Below are positions 1 to 11,014 of a stretch of 64,000 nt of DNA, piece after piece. The notes beneath the pieces are model-generated. The model did no database searches. It saw only the letters and a list, made by a program, of their open reading frames with translations, and had not been told where the DNA came from. This DNA comes from a virus. Position numbers and translations under genes: made by a program. Position 1 is the first letter of the stretch, and the number at the start of each line of letters is the position of its first letter. The DNA is taken from IMG/VR virus record IMGVR_UViG_3300024289_000019, positions 32,001 through 96,000 of that record; one strand, given 5' to 3'.

Positions 1-52
1 GAAATACAACTGGGTATCCAGTGGTTGGTTTAAATGCAAAGGTGCCAAAACA

Positions 53-928
53 ATGATAACTAAATTTGGAAGAAGATTTATAGCTCAATACTTAGCTGGA
101 CAAACATCTTTTCCAGCCCAAGATCTTGCGGTTGGGATAGATAGTACTCCTACAAATGTAAATGGAAACGATACAAGGCTTGGTTTTGAGTTTTATAGAA
201 TTCCTATAACATTGGGAACAATTGATATTCAAACTGATCAAAATGGTAACAGCACATATGCGGTAGTTTATAAAACTACTTTGCCACAAGATGTTGCTGG
301 CAAAATAAAAGAGATAGGATTGTATCCTTCTTCAAGATTATCAGTTAATAATTATGATAGCAAATTTATTTCAGATTTTGAAAACAATTTGCTTTGGACA
401 GATTCAAATGGGAACAATCCAGAATTGGTTACAAGTCCATCGGCAAGAATTGGTGCTACTTTAGCTAAATGCAATGTTGTAAGTTCTCAAACAAGAGAAT
501 TTATAACAAAAATTAATTCCTTAGATATGTCTGGATACAGCGCAAATGACACGCTTACATTTGCATTAAATCAATCAGACATAAATTTAAATTCAATAAA
601 GATTAAATTTTATAGCTCAGATACATCCTATTCCTACATTAACTTTACTTCATTGTCTGGAACTGGAGAAAAAATCTTATCAGCTAATTTGTCTCAAATT
701 CAAACATTTGGAAGCCCAGATGTTTCATCAATAAACAAAGTTGGTGTAGAAGTGGTTGCAAAAAATACTGGAGATACCGTAGTTTATTTTGATGGAATAC
801 GAATAAATGATGAAGACACATTTGATCCTAGATTTGGCCTAATTGCTCGTTCTGTTTTAAGCGAAACATTAGACAAAAAAGCTGGAAGGCCAGCTGATAT
901 TGAATTTAGATTAGGAATTAATTTCTAA
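53..928 (+). CDS. Putative virion structural (tail/baseplate) protein
   Basis: 291 aa ORF directly upstream of large tail-like genes; no specific family recognised. Confidence 0.5.
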   Translation: MITKFGRRFIAQYLAGQTSFPAQDLAVGIDSTPTNVNGNDTRLGFEFYRIPITLGTIDIQTDQNGNSTYAVVYKTTLPQDVAGKIKEIGLYPSSRLSVNNYDSKFISDFENNLLWTDSNGNNPELVTSPSARIGATLAKCNVVSSQTREFITKINSLDMSGYSANDTLTFALNQSDINLNSIKIKFYSSDTSYSYINFTSLSGTGEKILSANLSQIQTFGSPDVSSINKVGVEVVAKNTGDTVVYFDGIRINDEDTFDPRFGLIARSVLSETLDKKAGRPADIEFRLGINF

Positions 929-3300
929 TGGCAGATCCAAATGTTCTAATTCCAGCAGATCTTAACTTTAATGGCTATCCAGATCCCAGCGATAAAAATT
1001 ATTGGGACGTAAAGATAACTGGATTAAAACCAAATACTGGCTACGGAATACAATTCCAATGGGTATTTGAAGGTGGAAAGCTTGGCCTTTGGTCTGCAAC
1101 AAGATATATTTTAACTAATGCAGTTCCAGCTCCAGGTGAACCAGAATTATCTTTAAGCAATGTTCAAGGTGGACAAGGTGTAATTAAAGTTACATGGAGT
1201 GGAAAAGATTCTGGTGGAAATACAATTCCAAATGTTAAACGTGTCAACATTCATATATCTGGCGGAAAGTTTGGGGATGGATCTACTCCAGCAGATTATT
1301 TTTTAGAGCCTGGAACCAAAATAATTGCAGCAGAAGCTGGCGTTTATATGGTTCAGTTAAAAGCTTTAGCTGCAGATGAAAAAACATATTCGGTATTTAG
1401 TCAAGTAAGAACAGTTACAGTTACTGGAACTTCTGTAATTGTAGAAACCCCAACTCTTCCAACTGGTCTATCCGTTTCTCAAAGTGCTTTTGCGGTTGCT
1501 GTTAACTGGGGAGGAACATATTCTGGAAATAATTTTGAAGGATTTAAATCAATAGATGTTCATGTAAGCGGATCCGATCTTGGAGCAACGACTACTTCTG
1601 GATTTAGTGCATCAACTCAAGTAGCAACGTTAACTGTTAATTCAACTACAAACAGACAAAATGTTGGGCTAGATAATTTAAGAGTTGCTTTAGGCTTAGC
1701 TTCAAATAATGATGCTTATACTGCGCCAATGTTTTTTTATTACATTGCAAGAAACTCTAAAGACGAATTGTATAGTGTAAATGGAAATCCAACTTACACT
1801 AGAATAAACTCTACTTCAGTTAATCCTAAAAAAGCTAATTTAATAGATTTAGAAAACGGATTAATATCTATTCAAAATCTTGTTGCTGGTAATGGCCAGT
1901 TTGCTTCTTGGCTACGTGCAGGCGGAGATGGCGGAGCAAGGATAGAATTAAGTGGAACAGATACAACAACTCCATCAGGATCAAGCTATCCAGTTAAAAA
2001 GGGTTTGGTTGCATATTCTACTGGCAATGTAGAAATATTTAATTTAGATATTGGAACTTCTCCAAAACTTACAATTAGGGGAGATGGGGAATTTAGCGGT
2101 AGCCTTGCAATTGGTGCTGGAAATAATATTTTTAAGGCTGAACCAAATGCTGGTTCAAGTGTAAGAGGAATTTGGCTCGGACACGCTGATTTTGGTTCTG
2201 CCCCATTTAGCGTTGCCAACACTGGAATTATAAAAGCAGAGTCTGGAACAGTAGGTGGACTTACTCTTTCAGCTCAATCAATTGGAAATACTGGAAATAC
2301 TTTTAAAATTGATAAAGACGGAATAATAACTTTAGGTGCAACTAGTGGAAATCATATAAGAATTGCTTCTGATGGAACTGAAGCTGGAATTTATCATAAA
2401 CTAAATAATAATACTGTTGGAAATTTTAAAATAACAACTTCAGGAACTATGCAATTAGGCAATGACATTGGAACTCAAAACTTTTTAACTTGGAATGGCA
2501 ACTCTTTAACCATGCGAGGAAATATTGAAATTATTGGTGGAGTTACAAAGCAAGCAATTGATGAAGCGGCTCAAAAAGCACAACAAGCAAAAGATGCACA
2601 AGAAGGTTTTGCAGGATCTCTTGCAGGACTATCGATTACTGTTAGCGGAAATACAAGTAGTATTGGTCAATTAAATACATTTAAAGAAGGTGTAGCGGAT
2701 CCAAATACAAACTATACCACTATTAATGGTGGTAAAATATCAACTGGAGTTATAGCTTCAAATGCACAACTTGGAGGTCTTCCGTATACAGCAATAGATT
2801 TAGATTCAGGAGACCTCTATCTTGCTGGAGGTGCATTAACATTTGATTCAAATCCATTAAATAATTCGTTTATTATGACAATTGGAAATATGAAAATTGG
2901 TAGAAATTTATTTCCTTCAAGTGGCACAAGTACTGAAGGTATATGGATTAATACTACAAATTATTGGCAAAGCGATGGAAAATTTGCTCTTGGGGATAAT
3001 ATACTTTCATTTGGCGGAGGAACAGCTGTAAGAGGGAATCCTCTTTTTATTAATAGTGGATATATAAGATTTACTAATTTTACTAATTCTATTTTAGAAA
3101 GTGATGGAAATAATTATGCTGGAGATAATACTGTAGTATTAAATACCAGTGGAGAATTAACTAGAGGTAGAGCTTTTTATTATGGATCTACAACAACTCC
3201 AACATCTGCAAATACTTCAAGACAGGTCTACGATTCCTATACTGGAGGTTATGTAAGTGTAGCTTTTAGGGCAGGAGATATATGGATGACGGTGGATTAA
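928..3300 (+). CDS. Minor tail / tail fibre protein with FN3-like N-terminal domains
   Basis: 790 aa, Gly/Ser/Thr-rich beta repeats, short coiled coil (AIDEAAQKAQQAKDAQE), structural context. Confidence 0.65.
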   Translation: MADPNVLIPADLNFNGYPDPSDKNYWDVKITGLKPNTGYGIQFQWVFEGGKLGLWSATRYILTNAVPAPGEPELSLSNVQGGQGVIKVTWSGKDSGGNTIPNVKRVNIHISGGKFGDGSTPADYFLEPGTKIIAAEAGVYMVQLKALAADEKTYSVFSQVRTVTVTGTSVIVETPTLPTGLSVSQSAFAVAVNWGGTYSGNNFEGFKSIDVHVSGSDLGATTTSGFSASTQVATLTVNSTTNRQNVGLDNLRVALGLASNNDAYTAPMFFYYIARNSKDELYSVNGNPTYTRINSTSVNPKKANLIDLENGLISIQNLVAGNGQFASWLRAGGDGGARIELSGTDTTTPSGSSYPVKKGLVAYSTGNVEIFNLDIGTSPKLTIRGDGEFSGSLAIGAGNNIFKAEPNAGSSVRGIWLGHADFGSAPFSVANTGIIKAESGTVGGLTLSAQSIGNTGNTFKIDKDGIITLGATSGNHIRIASDGTEAGIYHKLNNNTVGNFKITTSGTMQLGNDIGTQNFLTWNGNSLTMRGNIEIIGGVTKQAIDEAAQKAQQAKDAQEGFAGSLAGLSITVSGNTSSIGQLNTFKEGVADPNTNYTTINGGKISTGVIASNAQLGGLPYTAIDLDSGDLYLAGGALTFDSNPLNNSFIMTIGNMKIGRNLFPSSGTSTEGIWINTTNYWQSDGKFALGDNILSFGGGTAVRGNPLFINSGYIRFTNFTNSILESDGNNYAGDNTVVLNTSGELTRGRAFYYGSTTTPTSANTSRQVYDSYTGGYVSVAFRAGDIWMTVD

Positions 3301-3301
3301 T

Positions 3302-6300
3302 ATGGGCATGTATAGAAAAACAGATCCAGACACAGCATCTGGTGCAGCCAGTAATTATACAGATTCTGGTAAAAATTGGAGAAAGCATTCAAATTTTTTT
3401 AGAAAAACAAATGATAATGAGACTGCATCTTTAACTGCAGTACCAGGAAGATATACAGATAATACTAGAACTTGGAGAAGAATAAATTCTTTATGGATGT
3501 ATAATTTTTGGTACGATTCATTATCTTGGGGATGGAAAAGAATACATTATAAAAATGCTAACGTACCATATGCAACAACTGCACCAACGCTTAGATACAA
3601 TTCTTATAATGGCAAAATAATAGATACTTATGAAACTGATGCGGTAGCATGGTGGGCATCAGATCCTTACCAGCCTCAATGGGCTCAAATGGGTCCAGGT
3701 CCAGCAGGAATTGGTCAAGATGTATGGTATTTAGACAGCAATGGTAATCAAGTTGGATCATCAACTCCAACATTTTTATGGGGAAAAGATGGGGTATGGT
3801 TTAATTCTTCTACTGCAACAACTGATGGAACAATTGTTTATAATAGCGAATTTGCTACGCCAGAACTTGCTGCATATTCTTATGATGACGAAGGAAACTA
3901 TAATGGCGACAAGTTAAGAAATTCTCAAGCGGTGCTAGAAGCATATGATAGATATTATATTTGGTACAAGGTAAGCAAAAGTCGTACAGTTGGAGGAAAT
4001 ACATTAACTGGACAAGCATTTAGTCAGGCGGTATATATTACCAGACAAGAACCTGTAGTAACATCTTTTGTAATGCAATCTCCAGAAACAGTTGCAGTAG
4101 GTACCGCAAAAACTGTAACATTTAATATTAGAAATGAATGGTGGAGAAAGGCAAGTCAAACACAATCATATATTGAGTGGCACGAACTTGATACACCTAC
4201 ACAAACTCCAACATACTCTACTTTAAAAAAATCAGATTTATTATATCTAACAACAATAACAACAGAAAATTCTACCTCTTTACAAGGATCGTACTCTTAC
4301 ACGCCAGTAGGCGTTGGTAAATACGTGCTTGCTAAACTTGTTGTAAAAAATAGTTATACAGATAAACCTCCAGTAACCGATATAGTTAGAACTCAAATAA
4401 CTTCTGTTGCAACTGCAGCAACAAGTGGTCCATTTACAATTAGTGGTGTAACTAAAAATTATCCATCTTATGATTCCACTTATGGATACCAAAGATCTGT
4501 ATCTGTTAACATAGGTCAATCTGCAAATGCAACAAAATATGAAGTACAGATAGAAGGGCAATATCCGTTTGATGGTAGCGGGTATGGAGGAGGATCCTAT
4601 TCCACATGGACTGTTTTACAAAGTTATGCTAGTGCTCCTTATGTAAACGAGTCTAGTCGTTCTGGAGGAATATTAACATATTCAAAAAATGTTGCAGATT
4701 ATCAATTTTATAGGGTTACAGTAAGAGCAAGTGTTGACGGAAATAGTGCTACTTATGCATATAGTAATAATGGAACAAGTAGTACTCCATCTTATGTTTA
4801 TGCAGAAGGATTTGGCCCATCTACACCTTATATTTCAAACATAACCACCAGTTCTAATACAATTGGAACATACATTAATTTTGATGTAAGTTTATCAAGT
4901 GAGGGAAGTAATAGATTATCTTATTGGCAATACTCAATGGATGGCGGATATAGCTGGAATACCCCAAGCGGTTATGATTACATAGCGTTTAATGGAGCAA
5001 GGTTTTATGTGTCTTCTGGAACATATTATTCTTTTATGATTAGGGCAAATAATATGGATGGATTTACATCTTCATCTAGTAATCAGCTTTCAATAACATC
5101 TTTTCAAAAACCAGGAGACCCTACAAATGTTGTTTTCCATACGTACAACAATTATGAAGGAACAATATACTTTACGACTGGAAGTAATACTCAATCAGTT
5201 CAGTACTATTTAGATTATGAATCTGGACTACAATATGAAAGCAAAGATACTTATATAAATATTGGTTCTAACGATTATGGAAGTATGACAATTTCTGGAA
5301 TGTCTTCTCTTAGCAGATCTTATACGCCGTACCTTCTTGCTTATTCTGGTACAAATAAAACTGGTGGACAAGGAAACTCTTTATCATATTCACCTAGATC
5401 TTTAAATGGTACAAATAAACCAACGGCAACTTTTAGTGGTACTCCTACAGTTTCTAATCAAAGGACCGTAACAGCTTCTTGGACGGGCGGAGGAGCAGCA
5501 AACGAATATTATGTTCAGCTTTATGATTACTATGGAGGTTATGTTGTAGCCTCAACAACCACAACTTCAACTTCAGCATCTTTTGGACCATCAGATGGAA
5601 CCGATTATGCAAAAACATATTATTTCTTTATTACGCCAAGATATAGATATGCTGGAAGCATTTATACTGATGGACAACCAGCGGCGTCTAGTAACGTTAC
5701 AACATATGCAAATTTGACTGCTCCCACAATTACTGATGTTCAAACATCTGATGGTAATAATTGGACAATTACTGTAAGTGGTGGAGGGCCATACTATCAA
5801 GTTTATTGGTTATCATCAACCCCTGGCCCATCAAATACACTAACCAATTATGATGCCGCAAGTACATCTACTACAATTTCTGAAACTTATTCAACTACAG
5901 GAAGCGTTTATTGGTGGGCCAGATCTTCTACAGAAAATAGAGGAAATACAACAACTAGTGGTAATGCAACAATTGGAACATTTTCAGACTGGTCTTCATA
6001 TTATTTGGCGCATCAAGTTACGTATAATTATAATGGCGGGTCTGGAAGTACTTCTAGAGCAACAGTAAAAGATTCAACATACACACAATTACCAACCCCA
6101 AATAATAGATCAGGATATACATTTAATGGCTGGTATACAGCATCTTCAGGAGGCACCTATCTTGGAGGAAGTGGAAGTTATGTATATATAACTTCAACCC
6201 AAACAATATATGCCCAATGGACTTTAAACCTTTCTTCTCCAACAATTTCAAGTGTTACTTTTAATTCATCTAATAATACATGGACTGTTAATTATTCTGG

Positions 6301-7612
6301 AGGATCTGGTCCATACTATCACATATGGTATCAAACAACTTCATCAACAACTACAGTGCCATCTTTATCTGGTACTAAAAATAGTGTTGCAGATCAAACT
6401 TCTAGCTCTGCTTCTTCAACAGATAAAGTTTTGTCTCCATCAGCTGGATACGCATATTATTGGTGGGTGAGATCATCAACTACGTTAAATGGAACTGGTG
6501 ATGGAGTTGTAAGCGATTGGAATGGTCCAGTAACAATGTCCCCAATGAATACATCTGCCCCTACATTATCTGGAACAACAAAAGTTGGACAGACACTCAC
6601 ATTTGGTGTTGGCTCGTGGGTTAATGCTACGTATTACGATCTTGAATTATATAGAGGAACCGCAGGAGTTATTACGTCTGAAACACAGTCAAAAGATGCT
6701 GGAAATTCAACAAGCAGCACTTATGTTATTCCTTCTTCAGATTTTACAGATCCCAATAATAGAAAGTATTATAGATCGTTTGCTAAAGGATTTAATCCAT
6801 CATATACAAACACCTCATTTGTTGCTGGTACTGAACTTGGACCACTTGTAAACCTTACCTTGTATACAATTTCATTTGATAGCAAGGGTGGTTCTGCTGT
6901 ATCTGATTTAACTCAGTCTACAGAAGGTGGGTCAATTGCAAAGCCATCAGATCCAACATTGAGTGGTCAAAATTTTGGTGGCTGGTCTACAACCAATGGC
7001 GGTACCACAGCGGTATCTTGGCCAAGAACTCCATCCTCAAATGAAACACTATATGCTATTTGGACTTCAGCAGCATCATATTCTATTACATATAATGGAA
7101 ATGGAAACACTGGTGGAAGTACTACAGCAACAACTGGTAATGGTTCTGTTACTGTAAGAGCAAACGGGTTTACGAGAACAAATTGTACATTTTCAAGTTG
7201 GAATACTTCAGCGGATGGTAGTGGAACAACCTACTCACCTAATGATAGTTATAATTTAACAGCCAACGTTACCTTCTATGCTATCTGGACTGCTGTTACA
7301 AACTCAGCTACTGCACCTACTGGATTTAAATTTGATGGAAATAACCTTCCAACTTCGGGAAGAAAACGATGGTCTTGGACTGGTGTTGGAACAGTTACTG
7401 GTGGAACAGCAACTGGTATTAGGGTACAGATAAGTTCAACAAGTTCTACTTCTGGATTTTCCATAGCAACTGGCTCACCACTCGCTCTAACTGCAAGATC
7501 TTATGATATTGCAGTTAGCCCAGTTACCAGTGCCAGATGGTTAAGAATAGCAATGGAGTATACTGATGGTCTTGGAGTAACTAGGGTTGGAACATATACA
7601 AGTGCACTATAA
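3302..7612 (+). CDS. Large receptor-binding/tail protein with Ig/FN3-like and InlB B-repeat (Listeria-Bacteroides repeat) domains
   Basis: 1436 aa, S/T/Y-rich; repeats such as VTYNYNGG...PTPNNRSGYTFNGWYT and ISFDSKGG...PSDPTLSGQNFGGWST. Confidence 0.7.
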   Translation: MGMYRKTDPDTASGAASNYTDSGKNWRKHSNFFRKTNDNETASLTAVPGRYTDNTRTWRRINSLWMYNFWYDSLSWGWKRIHYKNANVPYATTAPTLRYNSYNGKIIDTYETDAVAWWASDPYQPQWAQMGPGPAGIGQDVWYLDSNGNQVGSSTPTFLWGKDGVWFNSSTATTDGTIVYNSEFATPELAAYSYDDEGNYNGDKLRNSQAVLEAYDRYYIWYKVSKSRTVGGNTLTGQAFSQAVYITRQEPVVTSFVMQSPETVAVGTAKTVTFNIRNEWWRKASQTQSYIEWHELDTPTQTPTYSTLKKSDLLYLTTITTENSTSLQGSYSYTPVGVGKYVLAKLVVKNSYTDKPPVTDIVRTQITSVATAATSGPFTISGVTKNYPSYDSTYGYQRSVSVNIGQSANATKYEVQIEGQYPFDGSGYGGGSYSTWTVLQSYASAPYVNESSRSGGILTYSKNVADYQFYRVTVRASVDGNSATYAYSNNGTSSTPSYVYAEGFGPSTPYISNITTSSNTIGTYINFDVSLSSEGSNRLSYWQYSMDGGYSWNTPSGYDYIAFNGARFYVSSGTYYSFMIRANNMDGFTSSSSNQLSITSFQKPGDPTNVVFHTYNNYEGTIYFTTGSNTQSVQYYLDYESGLQYESKDTYINIGSNDYGSMTISGMSSLSRSYTPYLLAYSGTNKTGGQGNSLSYSPRSLNGTNKPTATFSGTPTVSNQRTVTASWTGGGAANEYYVQLYDYYGGYVVASTTTTSTSASFGPSDGTDYAKTYYFFITPRYRYAGSIYTDGQPAASSNVTTYANLTAPTITDVQTSDGNNWTITVSGGGPYYQVYWLSSTPGPSNTLTNYDAASTSTTISETYSTTGSVYWWARSSTENRGNTTTSGNATIGTFSDWSSYYLAHQVTYNYNGGSGSTSRATVKDSTYTQLPTPNNRSGYTFNGWYTASSGGTYLGGSGSYVYITSTQTIYAQWTLNLSSPTISSVTFNSSNNTWTVNYSGGSGPYYHIWYQTTSSTTTVPSLSGTKNSVADQTSSSASSTDKVLSPSAGYAYYWWVRSSTTLNGTGDGVVSDWNGPVTMSPMNTSAPTLSGTTKVGQTLTFGVGSWVNATYYDLELYRGTAGVITSETQSKDAGNSTSSTYVIPSSDFTDPNNRKYYRSFAKGFNPSYTNTSFVAGTELGPLVNLTLYTISFDSKGGSAVSDLTQSTEGGSIAKPSDPTLSGQNFGGWSTTNGGTTAVSWPRTPSSNETLYAIWTSAASYSITYNGNGNTGGSTTATTGNGSVTVRANGFTRTNCTFSSWNTSADGSGTTYSPNDSYNLTANVTFYAIWTAVTNSATAPTGFKFDGNNLPTSGRKRWSWTGVGTVTGGTATGIRVQISSTSSTSGFSIATGSPLALTARSYDIAVSPVTSARWLRIAMEYTDGLGVTRVGTYTSAL

Positions 7613-7621
7613 GGAGAAAAT

Positions 7622-7834
7622 ATGATAACAAAAGATGATAAAATACAAATTGTGAATAATAAAATAAGCATACTTGAGGGTGTGATTTATAATTTAGACA
7701 TTGAGATGGCTGCAGAATCAGCCAAATCTAATCCAAATAATGAACATATTGAAAATCTTTTATCTGAAAAAAACGACAATTTACTAGCGTTAAACGCTAT
7801 TAATGAGATCCTAGACATTCTAGTTTTAGAATGA
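7622..7834 (+). CDS. Small coiled-coil protein (paralog of next gene)
   Basis: AGGAG RBS; shares the DK..I.N..I..LE..IY.L motif with 7857..8087. Confidence 0.6.
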   Translation: MITKDDKIQIVNNKISILEGVIYNLDIEMAAESAKSNPNNEHIENLLSEKNDNLLALNAINEILDILVLE

Positions 7835-7856
7835 TATAATATGAAAGGAGGAAACA

Positions 7857-8087
7857 ATGACAGAAACAACAGAAACACTGCTTACCACTGAGGATAAGCA
7901 TGCTATTTTAAATCAACATATTAAAAGCCTAGAATATAATATATATGGTCTTGAGCTTGACCTTATGGTTGAGAATGCTGGAACACCAGATCCAGATAGA
8001 GTTACATCTATTAATGCACAGATATCAACTGCTAATGCAAAAAGAGATGTACTGGTTGCAGAACGAGCAGAAGTATTAGGATTGTAG
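7857..8087 (+). CDS. Small coiled-coil protein
   Basis: AGGAGG RBS and upstream TGATATAAT; paralog of previous gene. Confidence 0.65.
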   Translation: MTETTETLLTTEDKHAILNQHIKSLEYNIYGLELDLMVENAGTPDPDRVTSINAQISTANAKRDVLVAERAEVLGL

Positions 8088-8093
8088 GATACA

Positions 8094-8282
8094 ATGGCTG
8101 AAAAAGCAGAATTAATAATTACAGCACTGCAACAAAGAATGGGTGAAATAGTAGCAAACTATGAAACTCAAATTGCAGTATTGAGAGCAGAAATAACTAT
8201 TCTTATGGAGCAGTCAAAGAAGCAGGATGCCCTTGCGGAATATGCAAATTCATTAGAAGAAAAAATTAGTGGGGTAGAGTAA
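8094..8282 (+). CDS. Hypothetical coiled-coil protein
   Basis: ORF in operon. Confidence 0.55.
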   Translation: MAEKAELIITALQQRMGEIVANYETQIAVLRAEITILMEQSKKQDALAEYANSLEEKISGVE

Positions 8283-8283
8283 A

Positions 8284-8718
8284 ATGGCAGATACAAGTTT
8301 TAATTTTGAAGATGGGGCACCAATTTCTGCTTCAGAGTTAAGAAAACTTGTCGAGTATATTAACAAGGTAAATGCACAGGCCATATCCTTGCCAAGTCAG
8401 TTTGGTACTTTAGCTGATAAAGCTATTGCACAAAAAATGACTGCTGGATCTGTTTCTGTTCCAAGCCTAAGTTTAACGGCAGCAAAAGAAGTGCCAATTG
8501 TATTTACCCCACCACTTACTTCGGTTCCAGCAGGAGTCCAATTAACTGTAGAGACAAGTTCTGTTGACTCAGAAATAATTGTTTTTTTGAAAGCAAATAC
8601 TGCAACTTCTACAGGATGCACTGCAGTTTTAACCAGAGCCGCTAACGCTATTGGAAAATCTATAACAAGCCCAGGTTCTGTAAAAATACATTATTTTGCC
8701 ATAGCAAAATCTTCTTGA
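8284..8718 (+). CDS. Hypothetical structural protein
   Basis: 144 aa ORF ending the tail operon. Confidence 0.5.
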   Translation: MADTSFNFEDGAPISASELRKLVEYINKVNAQAISLPSQFGTLADKAIAQKMTAGSVSVPSLSLTAAKEVPIVFTPPLTSVPAGVQLTVETSSVDSEIIVFLKANTATSTGCTAVLTRAANAIGKSITSPGSVKIHYFAIAKSS

Positions 8719-8751
8719 CAAAATATAAAGTAATAGTAAAATTATACAACC

Positions 8752-8775
8752 AAAGTCACTGACGTGACTTTTTTC
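8752..8775 (+). terminator. Rho-independent terminator
   Basis: AAAGTCAC-tgac-GTGACTTT followed by a T tract. Confidence 0.6.
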
Positions 8776-8789
8776 ATGTTAGGATTTAA

Positions 8790-9590
8790 ATGACAAATGA
8801 TTTAAAATGGATGCTGTCGTCAGACCAGCAGTTCCCTTATCAAGATGATAAGATGATTGAATTATGGTTTAAGGTTTTAAAATGGTTTAAGCCAGATGTA
8901 GTAGACTATTTAGGTGACACAGACGATCAGGCATGCTATAGCAAATATACTGAAGGTCGTTCAGCAGAGTTTTTAAATCTTCACAAAACAGACAGCGCTG
9001 ACCTTATTGTTCCTATGATGAGACACGAAGCTAAAGGTGCAAGAGATTTTTATGCTAAGACTCGTGAGATGCTTCCAGACGCACAATTATTTTCTGCATT
9101 AGGAAACCATGACATACGTATCTTTGATTATATAGATAAAAAACTTCCAGAGTATGCAGCACAAGTAACACCAGAAGCGCTATGGTCTTTGGATTCATTA
9201 GGGTATGAATATATTTATTATAACGAACTCCCTAAGCGCCGTTTTGGCGATATACATGTTCATCATGGAATTTCTATTGCCGCAACTGGGTCAGTTCGCA
9301 AGGATATGGAAGATCTTCAAGTTTCATTAATACGTGGTCATTCACATAGAATTGCATCACATTTAGTTACATATGAATTAAGAAACAATGGAGAAGGAGA
9401 AACTCTTCGTGGTTATGAAATTGGACATATGTGTGATGAAAAGGGTCCAGGCATGAAGTATACCCAACATCACGATTGGCAAAAAGGATTTGCAATTGCA
9501 CATATTGTCAACGATTATCCTCATATTCAAATGATTCACGTAGCACCAGATTATTCATGTGTTGTAGATGGGAAAGTATTTAAACTATGA
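8790..9590 (+). CDS. Calcineurin-like metallophosphoesterase
   Basis: Motifs SD, GD, GNHD, HHG, GHSH. Confidence 0.85.
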   Translation: MTNDLKWMLSSDQQFPYQDDKMIELWFKVLKWFKPDVVDYLGDTDDQACYSKYTEGRSAEFLNLHKTDSADLIVPMMRHEAKGARDFYAKTREMLPDAQLFSALGNHDIRIFDYIDKKLPEYAAQVTPEALWSLDSLGYEYIYYNELPKRRFGDIHVHHGISIAATGSVRKDMEDLQVSLIRGHSHRIASHLVTYELRNNGEGETLRGYEIGHMCDEKGPGMKYTQHHDWQKGFAIAHIVNDYPHIQMIHVAPDYSCVVDGKVFKL

Positions 9591-9775
9591 TGCATTGTAG
9601 AAGATGTGGCGGACGAGTTTTTATAGATAGAGTCTTTTCACAAAAACTACATATTGAATTGTATTGTCTGCTTTGTGGAAGACGTTGGATGATTAATAAA
9701 GAAATGAGTATATTTGGAAGATGGCTAGACGAAAAAGAGCTAGAACAAAGAAAAACTTTCGGTATTTCTTCTTAA
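9587..9775 (+). CDS. Small zinc-ribbon protein
   Basis: CRRCGG...CLLCG. Confidence 0.6.
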   Translation: MMHCRRCGGRVFIDRVFSQKLHIELYCLLCGRRWMINKEMSIFGRWLDEKELEQRKTFGISS

Positions 9776-10209
9776 ATGAAAAATTACATAAAGTTTTAAA
9801 ATCTTCTAGAGTAAAAGATCAGATCATTGCCTGGTCTTATTTAGATAAAAAAAGAGTTTTATACTCATATGCTGAAGTAATCAAATATATGGAAAGAGCG
9901 TATTCTCTTAAAGAAGTGTGCTTTATTTTAGATAAACATGTTGTAACTGTAAAAGACTATATTGGTGAAGGCAAAATTAGACAGCCACAAAAAATATATC
10001 CTATAGGAAATTCTGAAAGCACAAAATGGTCTCAATATATGTTTAATCAAAAAGACATATTAGAGTTACATGATTACATATTGAGCAGCGGTAGAAATAC
10101 TGAGAACCTGCCAACAAAAACTGAATTACTGGCCTTGCTAAATCATAATGTCATATTGTATACTAAGACATCCGAAGGCACCTTTGTCCCAGTATGGAAA
10201 GCAGAATGA
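9721..10209 (+). CDS. Putative DNA-binding protein (MerR-like HTH)
   Basis: AYSLKEVCFILDKHVVTVKDYIGEGKI resembles a MerR/Xis-type HTH. Confidence 0.55.
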   Translation: MARRKRARTKKNFRYFFLNEKLHKVLKSSRVKDQIIAWSYLDKKRVLYSYAEVIKYMERAYSLKEVCFILDKHVVTVKDYIGEGKIRQPQKIYPIGNSESTKWSQYMFNQKDILELHDYILSSGRNTENLPTKTELLALLNHNVILYTKTSEGTFVPVWKAE

Positions 10210-10499
10210 GAAAAAAACAAGAAGAAGAATTTGAAAAGCTTGACAGTTCTACGGCTTTTACTAGAATTGCAGGCAACCTAGATCTTGCATCTATGCATGC
10301 AAATAAAAAGAAAGATGTGCAAGGGCTAATCACAGTCGCAGTTGCTTGGATGCAATTTTCTGATTTTATTGCTAATGGAGAGATGCCAAAAAAGAAATTT
10401 ACAATAGGATTTGGACCAGAAGAGGAGGAGCAAGATGAAAGACCAATCAACCGTCGTAAAGGTAGATCTTCAATTCACAAGAAATCTAGGGAACTATGA
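10194..10499 (+). CDS. Hypothetical protein
   Basis: ORF in operon; exact start uncertain. Confidence 0.45.
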   Translation: MESRMRKKQEEEFEKLDSSTAFTRIAGNLDLASMHANKKKDVQGLITVAVAWMQFSDFIANGEMPKKKFTIGFGPEEEEQDERPINRRKGRSSIHKKSREL

Positions 10500-10659
10500 A
10501 AGTATTAAGATTGGTATAGGCGTAGAAGATATTGTTCGTGACGGCGAAAATGTTGATTCTGCCACAAATAGAGTTTATAAATTTGTTGAAGATAAATTAA
10601 TTCAAAAAGCTTCCGAGATAGAAGAGGAATTGAAAGTTGGCAAGCAAGGAAAACAGTAA
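10435..10659 (+). CDS. Hypothetical phage protein
   Basis: GAGGAG RBS before ATG 10435; contains TRNLGNYESIKI motif typical of a phage family. Confidence 0.6.
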   Translation: MKDQSTVVKVDLQFTRNLGNYESIKIGIGVEDIVRDGENVDSATNRVYKFVEDKLIQKASEIEEELKVGKQGKQ

Positions 10660-11014
10660 ACAGGCTCACGCTCTGCTTACACATTATATTTATTTGTTTA
10701 AGGATAAATATAATCGTGACCCAATTTTAAATAGGTATAGAGAAAAATGGGGTATGCAAGACGTTATAGATACTGTTGGATATGAACGTGCCAAAGATTT
10801 GATAGAATATTATTTTACTTTTAATAGATATAATCATCCCTTACAATGGTTTTTTTATAATTTTGATAAATTAGATAAGCTTTGGAAAGATATAGAGGAT
10901 GACAAAGTGCATAGAGATATGCTAAGATTAAAGACCAAAGAAATGGTGGAAGAGAGAGAAAGGCGGTTAGATGAACACGGAAGCAACGCTGATATCAGCA
11001 GTATGCAAAAATAA
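10637..11014 (+). CDS. Hypothetical protein upstream of helicase
   Basis: 125 aa ORF overlapping its neighbours. Confidence 0.6.
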   Translation: MASKENSKQAHALLTHYIYLFKDKYNRDPILNRYREKWGMQDVIDTVGYERAKDLIEYYFTFNRYNHPLQWFFYNFDKLDKLWKDIEDDKVHRDMLRLKTKEMVEERERRLDEHGSNADISSMQK

